Assembly: GCA_015068645.1 (NCBI GenBank)
Contig: SVKD01000003.1
Coordinates: forward strand, 24,471 to 88,470
DNA: 64,000 bases
Source of the DNA: Oscillospiraceae bacterium
GTDB taxonomy: Bacteria > Bacillota > Clostridia > UMGS1840
Direction: 5' to 3'
Within the stretch, counting starts at the first letter, position 1, and every line of letters begins with the position of its first letter. Shown in pieces: positions 45,065 through 54,019 of the stretch. The translations under genes and the position numbers were made by a program. The notes below the pieces were generated by a model, which worked only from the letters and a program-made list of their open reading frames with translations, did no database searches and was not told the DNA's origin.

Positions 45065-45976
45065 GTGAATCCGCAAAATTTCAATGTCAACAACCAAAAT
45101 CAACAATTCCAAATCAATCAAAAGAGGCAAAAACAAAAAACGGTACTGGTGGTTTCATTATCAACCTCTTTGTGTATTCTTTGCATTTTGGCAACCATCC
45201 TTGTGATGAAATTTCTTGACCGTCCGGATGCAAATCAGCAAAACCAAACACCTGTGCAAACAAGCCAAACTATTCCATCCGAAGAAATCGCCCTAACCAC
45301 CCCTGTGGATACAACCGAAACCGAGGAACCAATTAAGCAGACTCCCGTCCCCGAAACAACCTCCCAGCATCTTTCCGAGCAAAGCATCATCACCGCTGCA
45401 AGAAACAATCTTTTGGTACCAAACAAATCGGAAATTACCTATACATTGGGAGAAACCGTATATAACGAAGCCCGTGAAACTTATTATAGACCGGTCAACT
45501 TCTATGAAAACGGCGTGTTTGTGGCAGGTGCGAATGTTGATACGAAAACAGGCGAACTGCTTAGCAATATCACAACTTACACAGTTCCCGAAACAAAAAC
45601 TGAGAATCCCGCATCAAATGATGTGATACAAACCATACGGGGAGACTATTATTACACACAAGCCAATTTAGACAGCTATAAAAAAAACATCGTCAACGGC
45701 AATACCGTCTATTATGATTCCAATGCTCAGCCGGTAAGAATTGATATTCCTGCTAATGCATACAATTCTTATACCAAACAGTATTATCTTGAAAACGGAA
45801 AGGTTTATTTTGCCTTTATTTTTGACGGTACTTTTGAAAACAGAATGTACTTCCAGGATGATTGTCTCATCCGCTGGGTTGACGAATCCGGCGCAACCCA
45901 TGATAATCAGCGTTACAATCCCGATTATATCAATTGGGAAAAAACCGTGTTAAACGACATCGATAATTTATTTTAA
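45065..45976 (+). CDS. Membrane-anchored extracytoplasmic protein (Q/N-rich N-terminus, TM, P/T/E linker, globular C-domain), function unknown
   Basis: GTG start 9 nt after AGGAG. TM segment VLVVSLSTSLCILCILATILVM. The first part of the C-terminal domain is vaguely PepSY-like. Confidence 0.5.
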   Translation: MNPQNFNVNNQNQQFQINQKRQKQKTVLVVSLSTSLCILCILATILVMKFLDRPDANQQNQTPVQTSQTIPSEEIALTTPVDTTETEEPIKQTPVPETTSQHLSEQSIITAARNNLLVPNKSEITYTLGETVYNEARETYYRPVNFYENGVFVAGANVDTKTGELLSNITTYTVPETKTENPASNDVIQTIRGDYYYTQANLDSYKKNIVNGNTVYYDSNAQPVRIDIPANAYNSYTKQYYLENGKVYFAFIFDGTFENRMYFQDDCLIRWVDESGATHDNQRYNPDYINWEKTVLNDIDNLF

Positions 45977-46000
45977 AAAAGATAAGGGAGAGAATATTTG

Positions 46001-46801
46001 ATGCTCACCAATTTTCATACCCACACCACACTGTGTGACGGCAAAAGCGCCCCCGAAGAAGTGGTGTTATCCGCTTTGGAAAAAGGGTTTTCATCCATCG
46101 GTTTTTCAGGTCATGCACCTACCGATTTTGACAACAGTTATTGTTTAAAAAATGTAGATGAATATATTGCCACCATCAAAGCGTTACAAGAAAAATACAA
46201 AAAAGATATCGAAATCTATGTTGGTATTGAAGAAGATGCTTACCAAAAGATTGACCGTACCCCCTTTGACTATTTGCTGGGTTCTTCCCACTATTTAAAA
46301 GTAAATGGTGTATACCATCAGTTGGATTGCGGTGCAGACAAACTACAGAAGTGTTTAGATGCTTTCGGCGGTGACCCGCTGGCTTTGGCTGAGGCATATT
46401 ATCAACAGTTCACAGCCTATATTCAAGAACGAAAGCCCGATATTGTGGGACATTTCGATTTAATCACCAAATATGAAGAAGCCAAAACCAATTGGTTTCT
46501 CTCCAATCCCGATTACCATAAAATGGCAGAAAAATATATGAATATTGCTGCAGAAAATGACGTGATTTTTGAATTAAACACAGGAGGAATCGCAAGAGGA
46601 ATCCGCACCACACCCTACCCTTTTGAAAATCTGTTACACATTTTAAAGAAAAAAGATGCCAAAATCATCTTAAATTCCGACAGCCACCATAAAGACACCA
46701 TCGACTGCTGGTTTTCGGAGGCAAAAAAATACTTAAAGGATATTGGCTTCCAATATCTTTACACATTATATCACAACCAATTTCAAAAAGTATCTTTGTA
46801 G
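46001..46801 (+). CDS. PHP-domain histidinol-phosphatase family (HisJ/HisK type) protein
   Basis: N-terminal FHTHTTLCDGK and GFSGH, and a C-terminal SDSHH metal-ligand pattern of PHP phosphoesterases. Confidence 0.75.
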   Translation: MLTNFHTHTTLCDGKSAPEEVVLSALEKGFSSIGFSGHAPTDFDNSYCLKNVDEYIATIKALQEKYKKDIEIYVGIEEDAYQKIDRTPFDYLLGSSHYLKVNGVYHQLDCGADKLQKCLDAFGGDPLALAEAYYQQFTAYIQERKPDIVGHFDLITKYEEAKTNWFLSNPDYHKMAEKYMNIAAENDVIFELNTGGIARGIRTTPYPFENLLHILKKKDAKIILNSDSHHKDTIDCWFSEAKKYLKDIGFQYLYTLYHNQFQKVSL

Positions 46802-46814
46802 GAGGACCAAAGAA

Positions 46815-48074
46815 ATGGAACTAAAAACCATCTGCGACCTGATTGACAAACATCAGGACGAGTTATACAAAATGCTTTCGGACATGATAAAAATCAATTC
46901 TGAAAACTACGGCAACGGCGGTAACGAAGAAGAATGTGCCCGTCTGGTACATAAGCTGTGTCAGGATGCCGGCTTTGAAAGTGACCTGTACTCCCCCATG
47001 TCTTTGGAGGGCTTTGAAAATCATCCAGACTATCTGCCGGGTAAGAACTTAGAAAACCGTTACAATGTGACCGCAGTGATGCGTGGCGAAGAAGACGTAA
47101 ACGAAGTGATGCTGATGGCACACACCGACACGGTGATGTTTGGCGATTTAGCAAACTGGGAACGTCATCCTCTATCCGGTGACATTAAAAACGGCAACAT
47201 CTACGGCAGAGGTGCCACCGATGACAAATACGGTATTGCCCTTTCCATTTTCTTAATGAAACTGTTAAAGGATGCCGGCTTTAAACCCAAGAAAAACCTG
47301 TTGTTCTCCGCCTATGTGGATGAAGAACTGGGTGGTTCTCACGGTGCAATGGCAGCAGTGATGAAATACCCCACCAACCGCATCGTGAATATTGACGGTG
47401 GCTACGAAATGTTAGTTCCCAGTGCAACCGGTGGCGGTGTTGTGACCTACCGTTTTCACACCAAAGGCACCGTGGACAGCGCAGAACCCACCGCAATGGG
47501 CTTCCCCATTGTGATAGAAGAAATGAAAAAATTCTTCCGGGCTCGCAGAGACGAACTGCAAGAAAACCCCTACTATAAAGATACCTTTGTTCCCGAAACT
47601 TCCCTGCGCTACAATGAAATCCGTGCCGGAAACAACGATATGGACAAGGATATCGGCGTGTTGCAATTCACTTTCTATACCGATAAAACCAAGGAAGAAA
47701 TTTATAAAGAATTTGCCCGGTTAGAACAATCCATTTCCGAAAAACTGGCTCCTTTGGGACTGATTGGCGACGGATTTACTCCCGATTCCCGTTTCTTCCA
47801 CTATGGTGTTTGTCCTCCCGATTCCGAGGACGTGAAACTGATGGTGGAAGCCGCAAACGATGTGGGAATGGATATGCAGGTTTGTGCAGGTGCCTTGTCT
47901 GATATGTCGGTACTGTTAAAATACGGTAGCGAAAAAGCCACCTTTACCATTGGCGCGTCCAGACTGTTCCACGAGGTAGGCGGTGCCCATCAGCCCAACG
48001 AATATATTGAATGTGACAAACTGCTGAGATTAACCAAAGCGGTGGCAGCATATATTTTAAAAGTATTAGGATAG
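46815..48074 (+). CDS. M20-family metallopeptidase / deacylase (ArgE/DapE/ACY1-like)
   Basis: Motifs HTDTV, GRGATDDKYG and DEELGG. Start at the ATG after GGAGGA. Confidence 0.8.
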   Translation: MELKTICDLIDKHQDELYKMLSDMIKINSENYGNGGNEEECARLVHKLCQDAGFESDLYSPMSLEGFENHPDYLPGKNLENRYNVTAVMRGEEDVNEVMLMAHTDTVMFGDLANWERHPLSGDIKNGNIYGRGATDDKYGIALSIFLMKLLKDAGFKPKKNLLFSAYVDEELGGSHGAMAAVMKYPTNRIVNIDGGYEMLVPSATGGGVVTYRFHTKGTVDSAEPTAMGFPIVIEEMKKFFRARRDELQENPYYKDTFVPETSLRYNEIRAGNNDMDKDIGVLQFTFYTDKTKEEIYKEFARLEQSISEKLAPLGLIGDGFTPDSRFFHYGVCPPDSEDVKLMVEAANDVGMDMQVCAGALSDMSVLLKYGSEKATFTIGASRLFHEVGGAHQPNEYIECDKLLRLTKAVAAYILKVLG

Positions 48075-48087
48075 GAGTTTTTCAGTT

Positions 48088-48882
48088 ATGAAAGCCAATG
48101 AAATTATGGAAACCCTCTTTACGCTGGCGTTAAAAGACAGGGAATTCAATCCCAACGGAGATTGCTGTAAAGAAGGCGACCCCGAAAAAGAAATCAAAAA
48201 ATTAGCAGTCACCACTTTCCCCTCCACCGACACCATTAAAGCGGCGGCTGAGTGGGGTGCAGATATGCTGTTGGTCCACGAACCCTTATACTACGACCAT
48301 TTAGATGCCTACAGCACCAAAAAACTGCAGACCGAAAAACGAGAGCTTATCGAAAACAGCGGTATGACCATCTGCCGTTTTCACGACCACGCTCATTTTT
48401 GTCCCGAAGATTTAATTGCGGTAGGGATGGTTCGTCAGATGGGATTTGATGCCGATGTGGAATATATCACTCCCGGTAACAATACCAAACTCACCTTAAA
48501 AACCCCTATGACTGCCGTGGAAGTGGCAAAACATCTGGAAAAAACATTAAACATCCGCCACATCCGTATCTGCGGTGCCAGAGATATTCCAGCCACTACC
48601 ATCACAGGAATGTTCGGTGCTCCCGACGGAGTTTTGGATTTGCTTCAGGCAGATGACACCCAGATTATCATTGTGGGTGAAACCTGCGAATGGATGATGG
48701 CAGAGTATGCCAGAGATGCAGGCCTTATGGGTCATAATAAAACCCTGCTCATTTTAGGTCACGCAGGCAGCGAAGAAGCAGGCATGGTATATATTTCCGA
48801 TTTAATTGCCGAAATGATGCCTGAACTTCAGGTAAAATATATCCCGTGCGGTGAAGTTTATACCTACACTGACAGCGAATAA
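48088..48882 (+). CDS. NIF3-like dinuclear-metal-centre family protein
   Basis: GADMLLVHEPLYY and the C-terminal GHAGSEEAG resemble NIF3/YbgI motifs. Call is by pattern only. Confidence 0.55.
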   Translation: MKANEIMETLFTLALKDREFNPNGDCCKEGDPEKEIKKLAVTTFPSTDTIKAAAEWGADMLLVHEPLYYDHLDAYSTKKLQTEKRELIENSGMTICRFHDHAHFCPEDLIAVGMVRQMGFDADVEYITPGNNTKLTLKTPMTAVEVAKHLEKTLNIRHIRICGARDIPATTITGMFGAPDGVLDLLQADDTQIIIVGETCEWMMAEYARDAGLMGHNKTLLILGHAGSEEAGMVYISDLIAEMMPELQVKYIPCGEVYTYTDSE

Positions 48883-49032
48883 TTGGAAAAACCAACGGAA
48901 ATAAACTCAAAATACCGAAAATTAGTTAGCAATCTGTATTTTTTCCTGATTTTCCCTTGACGAATGAAAAAAACAAGTGTATAATAGGAAAATAGAGTAT
49001 AAATGTATTGTACATACAGGAGGATTCTCACT

Positions 49033-49812
49033 ATGAATATGAGAAAAAGCAGAGTTTTGGCAAAAATGAGAAACGGTGAAATGGCTGTTTCCTGTAAACT
49101 CAATATTTCCGACCCCAGAGGTGCAGAAATTGCTGCAATGAGCGGTTTTGACTGTATCTGGATCGATATGGAACACGTTCCTGCAACCTATCTGGAAGTG
49201 GAAAATATTATCCGTGCAGCTAAAATCTACGATGTGGACGTATTGACCCGTGTGGCAAGAGGAAGCTATAATGATTTAATTCGTCCCTTAGAAGCTGATT
49301 CTTCCGGAATTATGGTTCCCCACTTAATGAGCTTAGAAGATGCAAAACAGATCGTGTACTACACCAAATTCCATCCTATCGGACGCCGTCCCTTAGACGG
49401 TGGTAATGCAGACGGCAAATGGTGTCTGGTAGACGGTAAAGATTACATGGAGCAAGCAAACGACCAGAGATTTGTTGTGGTTCAGATTGAAGACCCCGAA
49501 CCGCTGGCAGATTTAGAAGAAATCTGTAAACTGCCCGGTATCGATATGATTTTCTTTGGTCCCGCAGACTTCACTCAGGGCTTGGGCTGTCCTCTGGATT
49601 TCGCAAATCCCAAAGTGGCAGAAACCCGTGAACTGATTGCAAAAACTGCAAAAAAATACGGAAAATTCGCAGGTACCACCGGCGGTCCCGGCAACATTGC
49701 CGAGCTCAGAGATATGGGATATGATTTCGTAAACGTTTGTGCTGACGTTATTATTTTAGGTCAGGGCTACAAACAGGCATTTGATGCGACTGTGGAAGCT
49801 TTGAAGAAATAA
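49033..49812 (+). CDS. HpcH/HpaI-family aldolase
   Basis: GFDCIWIDMEHV, VPHL and QIEDPE fit the class II 2-keto-3-deoxy-acid aldolase family. Start at the ATG after AGGAGG. Confidence 0.75.
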   Translation: MNMRKSRVLAKMRNGEMAVSCKLNISDPRGAEIAAMSGFDCIWIDMEHVPATYLEVENIIRAAKIYDVDVLTRVARGSYNDLIRPLEADSSGIMVPHLMSLEDAKQIVYYTKFHPIGRRPLDGGNADGKWCLVDGKDYMEQANDQRFVVVQIEDPEPLADLEEICKLPGIDMIFFGPADFTQGLGCPLDFANPKVAETRELIAKTAKKYGKFAGTTGGPGNIAELRDMGYDFVNVCADVIILGQGYKQAFDATVEALKK

Positions 49813-49825
49813 TTATTTCAACATC

Positions 49826-49859
49826 AAAAAGAGAATCCGTTTTGGATTCTCTTTTTTTA
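49826..49859 (+). terminator. Rho-independent terminator after the aldolase gene
   Basis: gagaatcc / ggattctc followed by TTTTTTT. Confidence 0.8.
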
Positions 49860-49874
49860 TACTCACTTCTATGC

Positions 49875-49903
49875 TTGACATTTCCCGACAAATTTGATAT
49901 GAT
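49875..49903 (+). promoter_or_regulatory. Sigma-A type promoter of the uracil permease-upp operon
   Basis: TTGACA, 17 nt, TATGAT. Confidence 0.6.
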
Positions 49904-49965
49904 GAAAATAATAAAAAATAAAAAAAACGGATGAGCATCATCCGAAAAAAACGGAGGCGTTTTTC

Positions 49966-51306
49966 GTGAATTTAATTTACGGCGTAAAAGACAAACCCAC
50001 ATTTGGCAAAACACTGGTATTTGCATTCCAGCAGGTGCTGGCAATTTTAGCGGCAACCATTGCAGTTCCGTCTATCATCGGAAACGGAATGAGTCAGTCT
50101 GCAGCACTCTTCGGCGCAGGGATTGGTACTTTGGTGTATCTTTTATTCACCAAATTTAAAAGTCCTGTATTCTTAGGATCCTCTTTTGCATTTATCGGCT
50201 CCATGTTTGCAGCCTTTGCAGGCGGCGTTTCTATGGCTCTTGGCTATGCAGGTCTAATTATTGGTACTGCATTTGCCGGTCTTGTGTATGTAGTGATAGC
50301 AATTATCGTAAAAATTGCAGGCGTCAAATGGATTAACAAACTAATGCCCCCTGTGGTAATCGGTCCCACCGTTGCCATTATCGGTTTATCTTTGGCAGGC
50401 AACGCCGTTGGTGATGTGTTAAAATTCGCCCAGCTTGATGCGGCAAACAGCGTTTATGTGATGGGCACTCAGGCTTGGATTGGCTTCCTTTGTGCACTGG
50501 TAACGGTTGCTGTGGTAATCCTCTGCTCTACCTACGGCAAGAAAACCATAAAATTAATTCCCTTTATTATGGGGATTTTAGCAGGTTACCTGGTGGCATC
50601 CATCTTTACCGTAATCGGTATGAATACCGGAAATGAAGCATTAAAAATTATCAACTTCCCCACTTGGACAGGCTTATTTGCAACTCCTGATTTCACCTTT
50701 CTGACTGCGTTAAAAGGAATTGGCGAAATCACCCCCGGATATATCGCTACTATTGCAGTTGCCTATATTCCCGTTGCTTTTGTTGTATTTGCAGAACATA
50801 TTGCAGACCACAAAAATTTATCTTCCATCATCGGTTCCGACCTGTTGGAAGAACCCGGTTTACACAGAACCTTATTAGGCGATGGCGTTGGTTCTATTGC
50901 CGGTGCATTCTTTGGCGGATGCCCCAACACCACCTACGGAGAATCCGTGGGTTGTGTGGCAATTAGCGGCAACGCTTCTGTAGTAACCATTTTAACCACT
51001 GCTATTTTATCAATCGTTGCTTCCTTCTTTACCCCCTTTGTTGCATTTTTAGCCTCCATTCCTGCTTGCGTGATGGGTGGTGTTTGTATCACCTTATACG
51101 GTTTTATCGCAGTATCCGGTTTAAAAATGTTGCAAAATGTAGACTTAGGGGAAAATAAGAATCTGTTTGTTGTGGCAACCATTTTAATTACCGGTATCGG
51201 AGGTATGGCTCTGCAGATTGGTCAGATTAAAATCACCGCAATCGCTTGCGCATTGATTTTAGGTATTCTGGTTAACTTAATGGTATCCGGAAAAAAAGCC
51301 CAGTAA
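49966..51306 (+). CDS. NCS2-family uracil (uracil/xanthine) permease
   Basis: Polytopic protein with an N-terminus like UraA/PyrP (FGKTLVFAFQQVLAI). Adjacent to upp. Confidence 0.8.
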   Translation: MNLIYGVKDKPTFGKTLVFAFQQVLAILAATIAVPSIIGNGMSQSAALFGAGIGTLVYLLFTKFKSPVFLGSSFAFIGSMFAAFAGGVSMALGYAGLIIGTAFAGLVYVVIAIIVKIAGVKWINKLMPPVVIGPTVAIIGLSLAGNAVGDVLKFAQLDAANSVYVMGTQAWIGFLCALVTVAVVILCSTYGKKTIKLIPFIMGILAGYLVASIFTVIGMNTGNEALKIINFPTWTGLFATPDFTFLTALKGIGEITPGYIATIAVAYIPVAFVVFAEHIADHKNLSSIIGSDLLEEPGLHRTLLGDGVGSIAGAFFGGCPNTTYGESVGCVAISGNASVVTILTTAILSIVASFFTPFVAFLASIPACVMGGVCITLYGFIAVSGLKMLQNVDLGENKNLFVVATILITGIGGMALQIGQIKITAIACALILGILVNLMVSGKKAQ

Positions 51307-51321
51307 GGAGTAAATAAAAAT

Positions 51322-51951
51322 ATGAATAAAGTTACCGTTTTTGATCATCCCTTAATTCAACATAAAACCACCATTCTTCGTCAGAGTTCCACCACCAACA
51401 AAGAGTTTCGTGAGCTGGTGGAAGAAATCACCATGTTAATGTGCTACGAAGCACTCCGTGATTTACCCCTAGAAGAAGTGGAAATTGAAACACCCCTAAC
51501 AAAAACCAGACAAAAAATGTTAAAAGGCAAAAAAATGGCAATTGTGCCGATTCTCCGTGCAGGTCTTGGTATGGTAGAAGGGATGCTTTCCTTGATTCCC
51601 TCCGCAAAAGTAGGCCATATCGGCATGTATCGAGACGAAGAAACTATGATTCCCCACGAATACTACTGCAAACTCCCCAAAGACATTGAGGAACGCTTAA
51701 TCGTGGTGGTAGACCCCATGTTGGCAACCGGTGGCTCTGCCATTGATGCCATCACTCAGATTAAATCCTACGGCGGAAAACAAATTAAGTTCTTATGCTT
51801 AATCGCAGCACCCGAAGGGATTGAAGCCCTAACCAAAGCTCATCCCGATGTGGAAGTGTATTGCGCCAACGTGGATGAATGTTTAAACGAACGTTGTTAC
51901 ATCGTTCCCGGTTTAGGGGACGCAGGAGACAGAATCTTCGGCACAAAATAA
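51322..51951 (+). CDS. upp: Uracil phosphoribosyltransferase
   Basis: [16 protein letters not shown] loop and the C-terminal [17 protein letters not shown]. Confidence 0.95.
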   Translation: MNKVTVFDHPLIQHKTTILRQSSTTNKEFRELVEEITMLMCYEALRDLPLEEVEIETPLTKTRQKMLKGKKMAIVPILRAGLGMVEGMLSLIPSAKVGHIGMYRDEETMIPHEYYCKLPKDIEERLIVVVDPMLATGGSAIDAITQIKSYGGKQIKFLCLIAAPEGIEALTKAHPDVEVYCANVDECLNERCYIVPGLGDAGDRIFGTK

Positions 51952-51973
51952 ATTTTTTAGCAATTTCAGTATC

Positions 51974-52006
51974 AAAAAAGGGATTCCATTTTTGGAATCC
52001 CTTTTT
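51974..52006. terminator. Bidirectional rho-independent terminator
   Basis: aaaaagggattcca / tggaatcccttttt. Confidence 0.8.
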
Positions 52007-52018
52007 ATAATGCACTAT

Positions 52019-53644
52019 TTAATGGATGCATTCGTCGCCTGTACTCAGTAAAGAATCGTATACAAGAGAGGGTGATTTTCCCTGATAAATGCAGGAATTG
52101 TTTCCATCATATATCATACAATACTCTAAATCTTTTGATACATATACAGCATAGCCATCATCGAAACTAATGAGGTGGTGGCGGTATTTGTCAGCAAAAG
52201 CTTCTGATACATAGGTTCCGTTTTTGTCAATAAATCTCCATTTACCATTTTCCCAAACTCGAGCAACACCATTCTTGAAAGGTTCCGCCGTGTCGAATTT
52301 GAGTTCCGTCACAAAGTCTCCCTTAGTGTTAATATAACCCCACTTTTCTCCAACCATTACCGCTGCTAACCCTTCGGAAAAACTGTAAGCATTGTCAAAC
52401 TGAGGCTCTACTATTACATCACCGTTTTTGTCTACAAAACCGGACTTACCATCAACATCTAAAATTGCCAAACCGTCTTCAAAAAACAGAGGAAGATACG
52501 CCTGAGGAGTTACCACATAATATCCGCTTTGATCAATACAGCCCCAATCATCTCCAACCACAATATTCGCAATACCGTCTTGAAAATCACCTGCCATATC
52601 AAACTGAGGTTCCACTACATAGTAACCATCTGTACCAATATATCCGCACTTGCCATCAACCTCTACTGCCGCTAAACCTTCGGAAAACGGACTTGCAAAA
52701 TCAAATTGAGGTTTTGCTACATAGGAACCGTCAGTATCAATGTAACCGTATTGATTACTAACTTGCACTACTGCCATGCCTTCCGAAAACGCATTCGCAA
52801 AATCAAACCGTGGTGCTATTACATATCGACCGCTTCTGTCAATATATCCCCATTTGTCTCCAACTCTAACATCTGCCAGTCCTTCGGAAAAATCATAAGC
52901 ATAATCAAACTGAGGTGCTACTGCATAGTAACCATCTGTACCGATATAACCATACTGACCGTTAACTTCTACTACTGCCAGTCCTTCGGAAAAATCATCA
53001 GCATAATCAAACTGAGGTGCTACTACATAGTAACCATCTGTACCGATATAACCATACTGACCGTTAACTTCTACTACTGCCAATCCTTCGGAAAAATTTC
53101 TGGCCCCATCAAACTGACATGGAATGGCAAGCTCCCCTTGTTGATTCAAATACCCCCATTTTCCTGTTTCGTTGCTCGCAATCAAGGTATATCCACTGTG
53201 GAATAAAGGTTTCTCATAAACGCCGTCATCACTGCCAATGGCTACGATTCTTTCCTCTGCAAACCATTCCACAGAAACTCCAAACGATTCGGCAATCGCA
53301 CGAACCGGTACCAAAGTTCTATCATTCAAGATACAAGCAGGACTGTCTAATGCCACAGCGGCACCGTTGACATACATCGTGGCATCATCCACAGTTAATT
53401 CAACGGTAATATCCCCCTTTTGAGAAACAACCGTTCTGGTGGTTTCATTCCAATCCACAGTTGCCCCCAAAGCCTCAAAAATTGCTCGTAAGGGCACCAT
53501 TGTTCTGTCATTGATAATCTGAGGCGGCACGTCAAAGGCAATTTCATCGCCATAGAGCAACACCTTCAAAGGTTCCTCTGCCATAACAGGCATAGTAGTC
53601 ACCAACATCAATATTGCCAGCAATAAACCAATCCCACGTTTCAT
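52019..53644 (-). CDS. Secreted protein with two copper-amine-oxidase-N-like (stalk) domains and a WG/KWG repeat array
   Basis: Signal peptide, two copies of DRTMVPLRAIFEALGATV-type domains, then about 10 repeats of the form FSEGLA.V...GKWGYID..G..V..P.FD. Confidence 0.75.
   Translation of the reverse strand: MKRGIGLLLAILMLVTTMPVMAEEPLKVLLYGDEIAFDVPPQIINDRTMVPLRAIFEALGATVDWNETTRTVVSQKGDITVELTVDDATMYVNGAAVALDSPACILNDRTLVPVRAIAESFGVSVEWFAEERIVAIGSDDGVYEKPLFHSGYTLIASNETGKWGYLNQQGELAIPCQFDGARNFSEGLAVVEVNGQYGYIGTDGYYVVAPQFDYADDFSEGLAVVEVNGQYGYIGTDGYYAVAPQFDYAYDFSEGLADVRVGDKWGYIDRSGRYVIAPRFDFANAFSEGMAVVQVSNQYGYIDTDGSYVAKPQFDFASPFSEGLAAVEVDGKCGYIGTDGYYVVEPQFDMAGDFQDGIANIVVGDDWGCIDQSGYYVVTPQAYLPLFFEDGLAILDVDGKSGFVDKNGDVIVEPQFDNAYSFSEGLAAVMVGEKWGYINTKGDFVTELKFDTAEPFKNGVARVWENGKWRFIDKNGTYVSEAFADKYRHHLISFDDGYAVYVSKDLEYCMIYDGNNSCIYQGKSPSLVYDSLLSTGDECIH
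52875..53078. repeat. Two near-identical 102-bp tandem units within the WG-repeat gene
   Basis: Units 52875-52976 and 52977-53078 differ at 2 positions. Other repeats in the gene are much more diverged. Confidence 0.85.
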
Positions 53645-53751
53645 TTGTTTCCAACCTTCTTTTTTATATTTTTCTTTTTATTATAAATCAAACTGGTTTA
53701 TTTGTCAATATACCATTTTGGTTTGCGGTAAACTATTTCCGAGGTGATTGC

Positions 53752-53970
53752 ATGTACACAAGAATCAGAGAACTTCGGGAAGACCGTGATTTATACCAAA
53801 AAGATTTAGCAGAATATCTGCATTGTTCCCAGGTGGCGTATTCTCGTTATGAACTGGGAACCCGTGATATTCCAACAGAAGTGTTAATTAAACTTGCCAA
53901 GTATTATCGCACCACCACAGACTACATCTTAGGATTATCCGACAATCCCCACCCCTTTCAAAACCAATAG
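53752..53970 (+). CDS. XRE-family HTH transcriptional regulator
   Basis: 72 aa from the ATG after GAGGTG: MYTRIRELREDRDLYQKDLAEYLHCSQVAYSRYELGTRDIP. Confidence 0.8.
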   Translation: MYTRIRELREDRDLYQKDLAEYLHCSQVAYSRYELGTRDIPTEVLIKLAKYYRTTTDYILGLSDNPHPFQNQ

Positions 53971-53977
53971 GTAAAAC

Positions 53978-54017
53978 AAAAAATGACGGCAACCATTATG
54001 GAATGCCGTCATTTTTT
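53978..54017. terminator. Bidirectional rho-independent terminator
   Basis: aaaaaatgacggca / tgccgtcatttttt. Confidence 0.8.
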
Positions 54018-54019
54018 CC

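Noticed and set aside
43642-45976. Integrated prophage or genomic island at the tRNA-Cys end
   Set aside because: There are no integrase, recombinase or phage structural genes, and no direct repeat of the tRNA 3' end was noticed. It is kept only as a low-confidence accessory islet.
49904-49965. PyrR-type attenuator in the uracil permease leader
   Set aside because: The leader has a small hairpin (cggatgagcatcatccg), but it lacks the PyrR-binding loop consensus and has no terminator/antiterminator pair.
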